Shown: one piece after another, positions 53,028 through 64,000 of the stretch | Position numbering within the stretch: the stretch's first letter is position 1 | How the letters are laid out: the number at the start of each line of letters is the position of its first letter | NCBI GenBank assembly: GCA_951406725.2 | Contig: OX597817.1 | Coordinates: 118,544,001-118,608,000, forward strand | Length of the DNA stretch: 64,000 nt | Direction of reading: 5' to 3' | DNA from: Octopus vulgaris | Lineage: Eukaryota | Notes under the pieces: generated by a model | The model's database searches: none | Told to the model about the DNA's origin: nothing | The model's input: only the letters and a program-made list of their open reading frames with translations | Made by a program: the position numbers and the translations under genes

Positions 53028-53691
53028 AGTGACTGGTTAAATGTGCAAAAGCACTTGACAAACTATCTTGTGATATGCTATGAGTTCATATCCCGCCGAG
53101 GTGAACTTTACCTTTCGGCTTTCCAGAATCGATAGAAGAAAATACCAGTCAAAACAGTAGAGTCGATATTATCGACCGTTGCCAACAAAGTTTCTCACCT
53201 TTTGACCATATTAAAAAATAAATTCAGTATCAGCACAAGACTGGTGGTTGGTAGAATCGGTTAGTGTGTCGGGCAAATTGCTTTGCGCTGTTTGATTAAT
53301 TTCTTTATATCAGAGTTTAATCTTCTCCCCAGTGTCGCTAAAATATTAGGTTGCAGATAAATACTGATACTCATCAAATCGACTCCGTCAGAGCATGCGT
53401 GAACACGAGGAACAATTGTTGTTCTCCTTTCTTTGCTTGTTTTTTGTTTTTGTACTGCAGTCACATGATAGGCACGACTGAGCGGGCATATGATCAAATG
53501 CGTACAAGCAGTAAGCAACCTGTCACTCCCCTACGCACAGAAAGTCCAGAACTGCATTAACACGTCGTTTTCAGATCGTAGGAGCCTGTACATCTGTCAT
53601 GGACAAACTTCAGGATGGCATGCTAAGGAAAATTCCTTTGAAATATATATATTTTTTTAGTGGTGTGCCTGCAGGTCGAACGACCATTTAA

Positions 53692-53940
53692 AGTAGGGTT
53701 TCTTAACCATTTTTTAACCTACTGACCACTTTTATTCCTATTTTATTCAGATGGACCGTTATAACCATCCAATGTGTAAAAGACTATATTATATTATTAT
53801 AATTAAATGTTATTAGGAATTGTATTTAAAAAGAAAAAATATTTTGCGCATTGAAGGTGTATAAGTGATTTATTTCACAAACTTCACGACAAAATCTTAT
53901 ATAGACCCCTAGGGTCCATATGGACCTAGGTTTAGACTAG
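53692..53940. mobile_element. Possible decayed hAT-type MITE
   Basis: Ends agggtttcttaacc / ggtttagact resemble CAGTGGTTCTCAACC-type TIRs; internal ggaccc/gggtcc motifs. Confidence 0.35.
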
Positions 53941-55128
53941 TTAGCGTGACAAAAATTCGACAAGCTAGAAGAATACTGGAATTAATGCATATACAATATA
54001 TAGTTATATATTTGTAGGTTTGTGTCAGCCTTTATACATCAGACTAATTGGCGTATATAATTTGTCAACCGAATGACGAGTTAATATGGTAGATTCTATG
54101 CAATCGCTTGATCTACCTCAAACTAGGAAGATCAAAACCTCCCTCAGGCTTCACTCATGAATATTTACCTAACTTCGTATATAATCTGTGTTCCATTCTC
54201 ACCGGAAGTTGAAAAACATTTTCGAGATAATAAAATAATTAACATGAATCCAGTTATGTATGAATATTTTAGCTGACTTCGTGCATAATCAGAATAAAAT
54301 GTTGGCCCATGTACCGAGGAGACAAATTAAGGAGGCATTTCAAATTTATGGTGCAGAGATCTTCATTTGGAGGAAAAGTTAATTTCAAGTAAAATTAGTC
54401 TGCAACGAGTTTTCAATGAACGTTTAAAAGACATTTCACTTCAGATTTTCCACTAACTCTAAGTACAGGATGAACATTAACTTTCCATTTTCTCTTAAAA
54501 TGTGCTAAGAAAAACAATATTACTTCACAGATATCCACTGAAGGTTGAGATTTTATCTGATTTATCTAGATCCAGTCTTAATTTCAAATTTTATTGCTGA
54601 TTCAGTTTTATAGCAGACAAAACAAAAATTCAGGATTATCGGATTCAGATAAGAACATACGTAACTCTTTTACAAATTACGCAAATGTTTTAGTTGATTC
54701 ATATCTTCTATATTTTACTCAGGAACTAAAATCAAGAAGATTTTTCCCTTCAGACGAAATTCAGCAAAATCAAATCGGAAGTAAAATCAGAAATGAAAGA
54801 CACAATAGATTTTTTAAAAAATAACCAACTAATTGATAATGAAGTATGTTTTTTTGAATGTTTTACATTATAAATTGTTCTTACTTTTAAACTTAATTGA
54901 GTTATTTCTATTGTAGTTGAGCATTTGATGTTTATCGCATGTTTTATATAATTTCTTTTCTTTCCTCAGCTAGTTGGATTGTAGTGTTTGTTACAAAAAT
55001 TATTTCTTTTATTATTTATAACAAAATTTGTCGAATAATGAATGAAAAGTATAGGGTTGGCAGTCAGTATGCCGCTAATGCGAAGCAATTTAAAAAGATA
55101 GTATTGAATCGCAAAATTCATCATACAA

Positions 55129-55198
<70 letters not shown>

Positions 55199-55223
55199 TA
55201 ATAATAACAACAACAACAACAAC

Positions 55224-55297
<74 letters not shown>

Positions 55298-55338
55298 TAA
55301 TAATAATAATAATAATAATGATGAGGATGATGATGATG

Positions 55339-55403
<65 letters not shown>

Positions 55404-55413
55404 AATAATAATA
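55129..55413. repeat. Long (AAT)n compound microsatellite with no inserted element
   Basis: Direct reading. Confidence 0.95.
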
Positions 55414-55884
55414 AAAGCGAAGCTTTTAAGATAAGCAAAGATGGAAATAAAGCAAAAGATTTGTGAAAATATTTTGGGGTTTTTTTATGAGTGAATGCGT
55501 AATCTCATCATTACTGATATTATGTAATAGATTTGTTTTCATGTAACCGCCAAAAATTGCAATAGGAATTATCTTAAAACAGGATTTATATCTATTCAAT
55601 TATCGTTCTTGTTGGATACCGACCGACGTTGTGTTTTAACATGCACTTATGAATTTAGGGAGTTTTTCTATCGAAACAGCTTAACGAATTGAAATTACTG
55701 CAGCGAGATTTACCGATATTTTAAAGTAGGTTGCTCTTACACTATCGCATCTGTTTCGATATTATACTTTGTATTTTTGCTCGATCTTATTATTCCATTC
55801 ACTTTAGCTGATTTATGCTGCTATGCATATTCTTATATTACACGTTCACATTGGTGCTTACATGAACGCATAAATAAATAGGTG

Positions 55885-55917
<33 letters not shown>

Positions 55918-56004
55918 ACAAATATACATATGTGGGTATATATACATGTGTGTGTGTGTGTGTACGTATGTATGAAAACTCATGTGTATCTATCTATCTA
56001 TATA

Positions 56005-57203
56005 CTGGGTTGTCCGGAAAGTTCGTGCCGATTTATAGTAGCTTACCTTACGACTTATTTTAGAACATGGTTGAGTCCATAAAATAGGATTTGACTACAC
56101 CTCCATTTAGAGCAGAGTTTAAGCTATCTTTTCGTGGAAGAAGGTTTATGTTCCTATAACTTGTGTTAATTCTGTAACCCTTTAAAATGGAAGACAAGAA
56201 AGTTCATTTTCAGCACTTGATGCTTTTCTTTAAGAAACCAAAGAAATATGCAGTTTACGGTGATGTTTCTTTATCCGAAAGAATTGTACGGTTCCGAACT
56301 GGAGATTGTAGCCTTATTGATAAAGAGCGATCAGGCAGACCATCCAATAACCCACATTGCAGAACTCGAGAATTAGCAGAAAGCCTCAACCTATCAAAAT
56401 CCGTCGTTCATGAGCACCTGGTAAAGCTTGTGTACACAAATCGCTACGATGTTTGAATACCACATGAGTTGAGTGAGAAGAACCTTTTGGATCGGATTTC
56501 CATCTGTGATTCGCTTTATAAACGGAATGAAAACGCACCTGTTTTAAAGAAAATTGTGACAGGTGATGAGAAATGGATTATCTACTTTAATGTCCAAAGA
56601 AAGCGATCCTGGAGTAAGCGACATGTGCCACCATCAGCCATCCAAAAAGCGGGACTTCGCCCTAAAAATGTCTTACTTTGTGTCTGGTGGGATTGGAAAG
56701 GAATTCTGTACTATGAGCTTCTCCCAAGTAATCAGACAATTAATTCTGAGAAATACTGCACACAAATGGACGACTTAAAAGCAGCAATGCAAGAGAAACA
56801 TCCAGAATTGGCCAATAGAAATGGTGTTGTTTTCCAACATGATAATGCAAGACCTCACGTTTCTTTGAGGACCAGGCAAACATTGCTGCAGCTCGGCAGG
56901 GATGTGTTACCCCACCATCCATATTCACCAGATATTGCTACTTCGGATTTCCACTTATTCAGGTCTCTGCAGAATAGTCTTAATGGTAAAAATTTCAATT
57001 CCTTGGATTACGTAAAAAGATACCTTGATGAATTCTTTGCCATGAAACCACTCAATTCTGGGAAGCGGGTATTTTCAAGTTAAAGGAAAGATGGAGACGT
57101 ATTTTGCAGCAAAATGGTTCATATTTGGTTGATTAAAAATGTAATGGAAAGTATTTATTTTTCTTTCCTTTAAAAATCAGGACGAACATTCCGGACAACC
57201 CAA
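56005..57203 (+). mobile_element. Full-length inactive mariner transposon (~1.2 kb) with TIRs and TA duplication
   Basis: TA|CTGGGTTGTCCGGAAAGTTCGTGCCGATTT ... AAATCAGGACGAACATTCCGGACAACCCAA|TA. Confidence 0.95.
56187..57135 (+). pseudogene. Mariner D,D34D transposase pseudogene
   Basis: VTGDEKWI, QHDNARPH, HPYSPDIATSD (34 residues between D2 and D3); WVPHEL reads *IPHEL at 56454; short N-terminus suggests deletions; C-terminal frameshift. Confidence 0.92.
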
Positions 57204-57807
57204 TACATGCATACGTACATACATACATACATGCATACATACATACATGCATACATAAATACATACATATATATATATATTGATATATATATATATATAT
57301 TGTGTATGTGTATGTGTGTGTTTGTGTGTGTATAATACAAGAGGGAGTGAAGAGGCTATAATAAAAATCATTATAATTTTCTCCGTACATTTCTATCTAT
57401 AATTGCCGGGCGTTTCACATGTTATGCGCATTATTGTTCTAATATGATCCAGTAATAGCTGTGTACGTGCAAGTGGATTCGGGAGCACTACTGTGCCGAT
57501 ACACAGTTAGTAATTGGATCGTATTAATGCATGAGAGTACATATTATGTGAAACACTAGACAATCATCATCTGATAATAATGCAGAGAAACAATTATAGT
57601 AATTTGGATTAAAGTCTGTTCATTTCATCTTGTACTATAATTTCATATGTATATATAATGCTCGAAGTGAGGTGTAGATAGACAGCCCACAACTGATGAA
57701 GGTTTTTTTTCTCAGTTTTAACTTTTTCTGTTTTCCGTTTCTTCTCGTTGTTTACGTATTTCATGTTGTTTGCACCGTCCGTGACGTCTTGTACCTATAT
57801 ATGCATT

Positions 57808-57877
<70 letters not shown>

Positions 57878-57893
57878 CATACGTTATTTATAC

Positions 57894-57956
57894 GTGTCTT
57901 GGGGAAAGTTAGTAGCTGGCTTCTCATTCCTAAGGTATTTTTCGATGTTGTTGTTG

Positions 57957-58013
<57 letters not shown>

Positions 58014-58190
58014 CATCATCATCATCGTTATCAATATTATTATTATTATTATTATTATCATTCAGGTCACTGCCTGGAAACGAACTCGGAATCTTGGGGT
58101 TAGGTGCCCGCGCTTTTAACTACTACGCCATATGCCCAAGCGCGGCCTACTAACCCCAATATTCCGAGTTCGATTCCAGGCAGTGACCTA
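57894..58190. mobile_element. tRNA-head/hammerhead element locus 3: - copy (57894-58137, truncated just before the CUGA core) plus inverted + head (58138-58190)
   Basis: Minus head GGGCATATGGCGTAGTAGTTAAAAGCGCGGGCACCTAACCCCAAGATTCCGAGTTCGTTTCCAGGCAGTGACCTG and its mirror image. Confidence 0.85.
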
Positions 58191-58203
58191 ATTGATAATA
58201 ATG

Positions 58204-58273
<70 letters not shown>

Positions 58274-58290
58274 TAATAATAATAATAATA

Positions 58291-58411
58291 CGCAGAACAC
58301 TTTCCATACAATAACCATCAGAGCATCACAACAAATCACAGCACATACCCAAGGCACACAGAGCTGTGCTCGGTAGTGAAGTGAAAGCACGCTATAAAAA
58401 TAAAACTACTA
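58291..58411 (+). mobile_element. Fourth subfamily-1 R4 3'-end copy in (AAT)n
   Basis: Reverse complement of ~6617-6743. Confidence 0.9.
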
Positions 58412-58436
58412 AATGATAATAATAATAATAATAATA

Positions 58437-58630
58437 CTGAAAAACTTCAGACAAAAATCATGCCTCCTTATTGATATGACTGTCCCAATCGATATAAACG
58501 TATCTGTCAAAACCTACCAAAAACCGAGCAAATATAAAGATCTTGAAATAGAAATTAGCAAAATGTGGAACCTGAAAACTAAAACAATACCTGTTGTCAT
58601 ATCAGGAAACCCCAAACTAGCAGAAATGGC
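58437..58630 (+). mobile_element. R4 endonuclease fragment from another subfamily
   Basis: SCLLIDMTVPIDINVSVKTYQKPSKYKDLEIEISKMWNLKTKTIPVVI. Confidence 0.8.
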
Positions 58631-59108
58631 AATTTATTGTTCACCAATGCATAAAGTTTTTCCTAAAGAAAAGGAGACATAAAAAGCCGTCAAATTTAGC
58701 CCTAACCCCCTGTATATATACGTATATGTGTGTGTGTTTGTGTGTGTGTATGTGTGTGTGGGGGGGTATGTATGCCACCATTGTTATCAGTTCAAAGATG
58801 AGGTTTTTTCTAACCTGTACCTAAAGTTATTCACTGTTCTTTGTTACAGAGAAAATTTCTCGATTTAGACAAATAGGTGTGAATACGCCGAATCAGATCA
58901 CAGCGCTCCCTAATAAGACAGCGGGATGTATGCCTTTCGGAGTGATCATCTCCTCTTCAGCCACAGAGACTGCAAAGGCAGACGCTGCGAACTGACACAA
59001 GAGACAAACTCTTTTTATGACATTCCCGTCATCGTTCAGTGACTGTTTACGCTATTCAATGGCTCACCGTAAATAAAATACGGTCTGACAGCGCTAAGTA
59101 GTATTGTG

Positions 59109-59168
<60 letters not shown>

Positions 59169-59195
59169 ATATGTATATATATATGTATATATATG

Positions 59196-59252
<57 letters not shown>

Positions 59253-60517
59253 GTATATATATATGCACGTATATATATATATATATATACGGACACATAC
59301 ACATATGTATGTGCAGGATATGTGTGTGTACGTGTGTGTATGTTTGTGTGTGAAGGACCAGTCACATTTTGTAACTCATTTAATTTTCGTTGTCTATTTT
59401 CGGAACCTGTGGCAAATAAATAAGGGGTTATTGCTATTATTGTTAAAATTGTGACTAATATTTCTCATTTTGTTATTACTAATGATATAATAGGATAAAT
59501 TAATAATGTTTTAATTTCATTGCTTGTCTAGAAAATTTCTGGTTTTTTATGAGATTTGAAATATTATTAGATTATCTAATAAACAGTCATGAGATATATG
59601 ATGGAATATTCAGTATTTCTACCAAATTAATTAAGGCAAATCTATTAATATAACTGGAAAAAAATAGTAAGTTTTGACTGTATTGGAAACAAAGCACATA
59701 AGATATAAGAAAGGAGAACACAAAAACAAGACAGATAAATTGCTTCTTTGGCTCATACACAATATCACTTACTTGAATATATTTTACTGTAGATTTCTAC
59801 ATTTATGCGCACACGCAGATAAACAAACACATACAGGCACACACACACACATATGCAAACACATACAAACGCACACACAAATAAGTAAACTCACACATAC
59901 TGTATCTTTGGGTAGAAACGATGTTCGTTTCGCAAATATCCGATCCCAGTTTCGATTCCACTCTGTTCTTTGCGTGAGTTTCGTAGACAGAATTTCTGTT
60001 GAGGCCTGTCATTTTAAACTCTACTTGTAATTCAGATTTCAACCTTCTTACACGGCAACCCATTGATTGTACTTAATGACAAGGTTACACGTATCTGGGC
60101 AATGCTCAGAGAGTGCACAGGATAATTCATTGAATAAGCTTCTTAGTTCATCGAACATATAACTCAGGAGAAGACATACATAAAAGAAAACATACAAATC
60201 TGCACGTATACATACATACACACGCATACATACATACATACATACATACATACATACATACATACATACATACATACATACATAAAATACCCTGATGTTG
60301 ATGTGGAAATTCCAATGAAAGAGCCTTGGGTCTAGGTTAGAAACCGGATCTTTCTCTACTGGCAAAAAAATCTTGAAATAAAACTGAATAATGACAGACA
60401 TAAATATACATATATTCATGTGTGTGTGTGCTTGTGAATGCATATATAATTATATTTATATATGTATGCGTGTATTCACATATATATATATACACACACA
60501 CATGTGTATATATATAT

Positions 60518-60561
<44 letters not shown>

Positions 60562-60982
60562 ACATACATACATACATATATACGTATATATAAAAAAAGT
60601 AAAAAGGAAGAGCAAGTACGGTTAGGCAACTTTTTAATCGCTACAAATGTTTCCATACATACAGATCCTCGTATATACATGATTTAAAGTTTAAATTAAA
60701 TTATTTAACAATTTACTTGTATAAGAAGATCTATATGTATCTCCTCAGGCGATACTCAGTTGCTGTCTCTGTAAGCAAAATTTAGATTTCCATGCTGCAA
60801 AATCCATGGCTTCTTCTTTGAAACTAACAAACGCTTTTATTTTCACAGACGAGTAAATACCTAAGACTAGAATTGCTAGCATACCACAAGAATACTACCG
60901 GCTATTTGGGAATTCTGAAGGTGAACGAGTTCTATTTGTACTCTTAAACATTCTTAACAGAACACAGTTCAACTATATACAT

Positions 60983-61062
<80 letters not shown>

Positions 61063-61095
61063 GTATTTATGTGATTATTATGCATATATATATAT

Positions 61096-61296
61096 ACATT
61101 ATTTACATTATTTACAATTGACGGATAATTGTCCTCACTTTGTTTGTTGATAACACAACGTTCCGGTTGATATACCCTCCAGCCTTCATCAGGTGCCCTG
61201 TGAAAATTTCGAACCTGTGTTCTCATTCCTAAGGTATTTTCGATGTTGTTGTTGTTATTATTATTATCATCATTGTTATTATTATCATCATTATTA

Positions 61297-61331
<35 letters not shown>

Positions 61332-61395
61332 CACCTCACTACCTGAAATCGAACTCGGAATCTTGGGGCTAGTAGCCCGCGCTCTTAACCACTAC
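61096..61395 (-). mobile_element. tRNA-head/hammerhead element locus 4 (single - copy)
   Basis: Head GTAGTGGTTAAGAGCGCGGGCTACTAGCCCCAAGATTCCGAGTTCGATTTC, (AAT)n linker, body, tail (GTAAATAAT)2. Confidence 0.85.
61152..61197 (-). ncRNA. Minimal hammerhead motif (GAAA mutated to GGAA)
   Basis: ggcac-CTGATGA-a-ggctg.gagggtatat.caacc-GGAAC-GTT-gtgtt. Confidence 0.55.
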
Positions 61396-61719
61396 AGAAA
61401 TATAGTGGGAAGAGCGCATTACTGTGCTCGCGTGCGTGTGACTGGTTTTGTATCTGCCTGTCTATTAATGTATGTATAATCGAAACATTGCTTAGAACAT
61501 ATATTACCTTATTTGATTGTGTGTGTGTATATGTAGAGACGCGTGTATACCTGTTGCATTATGTTGTGAATGCGTGTGTATAGGCTAAGTCAATGTGTAT
61601 GTGCATATAGAAATAGTGCGTGTGTGTATTTTTGTCGTATATATTCCACGTAGAAATGCTATCATATCTAAGTGGGTGTGCGCATGTATTTGCACCGGCG
61701 GTACGTACGAGATTAAGTG

Positions 61720-62420
61720 TATTCAAGTAGTTGTCAATAGCGGAAGAGTTGTGAATTTATCTCGAAAACACTTAGGATTAAGAGATGGATATATAGATCG
61801 TTTATCTTGGCGAAGCTTGTATTTGGGGGATCGGGTGTGACAAGCCAAACGAGAAGCGTATCGATCATAGACCGAATGATCTGCAGAGTAGAACTGACAA
61901 GAGACAGACGTCTGATAACTCAAAATCAAATCCTTTGTAAGAATGTCATTCTCCGCTTCCCATTTTTATGTGGGAGATTCAATGAATCGGTCGACAAAAC
62001 GGCAACTGATTGGTCGGAAATAGTTAGTGTGTCACACAAAGAGCACTTGACGCGTGGTGTTGTGGCGGTGTCTAATAAGGGAGAGGTCTTGGTGAGGAAA
62101 CTGACTGAATAGGTAATGGGACAGAAAACAAGAGATGCATTCGCGTCGGGTAAGGAATGCTTGGAAGAAACTACAAAACACTAATTTGCATACGTTGCAG
62201 ATACCATTGAAGAAAGGAGTGGTGATTTGAAAAAGTGATGTGAAGAGGCAGAAACACACTGGACAGTGGAAAGTGAGTGGTAAAGTACAGTATAATGTGG
62301 GGTGAGTGTCAGGAGACAATACATAAATGTGGTCGTCTTAGCGAGTGCAGGAAAGCTTGAACCACTGTAAGTGAATCTTCATTGAATGGAGAGACAGCCT
62401 TTTTGTGAAGGGTTGATCAA
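61720..62420 (-). mobile_element. Possible highly decayed APE-type LINE RT/thumb remnant
   Basis: Frameshifted QFYSA/IIRSMID/YAS..W near 61835-61900 resembles FYxAxIRSxIDYASxxW. Confidence 0.35.
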
Positions 62421-62427
62421 AATATCT

Positions 62428-62657
62428 GTTTCTTTATTGCCTACAAGGAGCTAAACATAGAGGGGACAAACAAGGACAGACAAACGGATTAAGTCGATTA
62501 CATCGACCCCAGTGCGTAACTGGTACTTAATTTATCGACCCCGAAAGGATGACAGGCAAAATCAACCTCGGCGGAATTTGAACTCAGAACGCAACGACAG
62601 ACGCAATACCACTAAGCATTTCGCCCGGTGTGCTAACGTTTCTGCCAGCTCACCGCC
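62428..62657 (-). mobile_element. Full-length tRNA-derived SINE family A
   Basis: Minus GGCGGTGAGCTGGCAGAAACGTTAGCACACCGGGCGAAATGCTTAG..GAGTTCAAATTCCGCC..CATCCTTTCGGGGTCGATAAATTAAGTACCAG. Confidence 0.9.
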
Positions 62658-62909
62658 ATCGTCGCTACAACTACACAGACTGCGGAGTTGCAGGACTTCT
62701 TTTTTAGAAAAGTAAGGGAAGGAGAGGGAGCTTGTTGCCAAGTAGAAGATAGTGGTGGAGGGAGTGTCGATGACATGGTCGCTAAAGATATGTATCAAGG
62801 AAATTAATTGAAGCTTCAGAGATTAGGGAGATGCATATACGCACGCTTACACATAAAACACACATGCATACACATATACATATAAATATGTGTTATGTGT
62901 TTCCTATAT

Positions 62910-62940
<31 letters not shown>

Positions 62941-63478
62941 TTAAATGTGAGCTATCATGTAAGCTATATAAAGGTTGTATATAAAATTATGCATTTACTC
63001 AAAAAAATTGTGTGTGTATGTATACATATATGTATAAATGCGTCTTAGGTATGTGTGTGTAAGTATGCGTGCGCGTGTTTAAACTCCATTATAAACCTAT
63101 AGCGAAATAGTTTATGCAACCACTCTTGTGTGACTGTATTCAACAGCGCGTTGAAAGCTTCTATTCGTAATCCTGTTTACCATAAAAACTTACAATAGAT
63201 CTACACGTGTCCAAAATAAAGTGTTTTCAGCATTTTTCTTTGTTTATGCAACACACACGCAAACACACTCACACAGAGTCAAAAACACATACATACACAT
63301 GTATATTCACAGATGCAAATATGCATACATACATTTTACATACATATACATATATATGTATATATTAATATATATATACATTTATATACACAGATATTGA
63401 TCTTTCTCTTTCTACATATAAATATATATACATATATTCGTATGTATATATACCTCTATATATATACGTATATGTGTG

Positions 63479-63535
<57 letters not shown>

Positions 63536-63540
63536 GTATG

Positions 63541-63590
<50 letters not shown>

Positions 63591-64000
63591 CATGTAAAGC
63601 GATTTAAATTTAAATTGCATGACAAATAACAAGTATTTAAAGCATTAAATTCAGTTTTACATATCCAAGAAGAAAACAGGAAAGGAAACTCGTACTCTAG
63701 TCCCAGTATCCTTTGATTGTTCTCTAAAGTATGATAGATCACAAAGTACATAAAGAAAGATCTAACAAATCAGTAGGGTTCGTTTATAAACTCTTTGGTC
63801 TTCACATCTCACACGCGTTTCTTTAGCAATGAAAATATCTGTTATATAAGGATACTACGTTTTCAAAGCTTTAACTATCAGGTAATAAAAAAATAGCCTT
63901 TAGGATTTATACAGGACTGCAGTGTTGCAGCATCTATATATATATATATATATATACACATATATACACTCACACATATTATACATGTGCGTGTTTGTGT

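Noticed and set aside
58060-58190. Functional tRNA genes at the element heads
   Set aside because: Poor acceptor-stem pairing, variable anticodon loops between copies and a fixed repeat context; these are SINE heads

Overview
AT-rich, microsatellite-saturated eukaryotic DNA with no recognisable host protein-coding exon. The SINE families and repeat content resemble an octopod cephalopod genome (recalled, not verified). Most ORFs in the track are microsatellite artefacts. The real content is mobile DNA: a head-to-tail cluster of R4/Dong-clade LINEs in (TAA)n tracts (one with a 628-aa RT-Zn-knuckle ORF), scattered R4 and RTE remnants, a Helitron with a Pif1 fragment and canonical 3' end, a Chapaev3-like fossil, a full-length D,D34D mariner, a Tc1 end, a Penelope GIY-YIG fragment with an inverted terminal repeat, and several tRNA-derived SINE families. 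The most notable signal is a ~300-bp non-coding element at four loci that joins a tRNA-like Pol III head, an (AAT)n linker and a minimal type I hammerhead ribozyme. Three loci show the same inverted-arm geometry as the Penelope copy, suggesting a Penelope-mobilised, ribozyme-bearing SINE. Coordinates were read by eye and may be off by a few bases.
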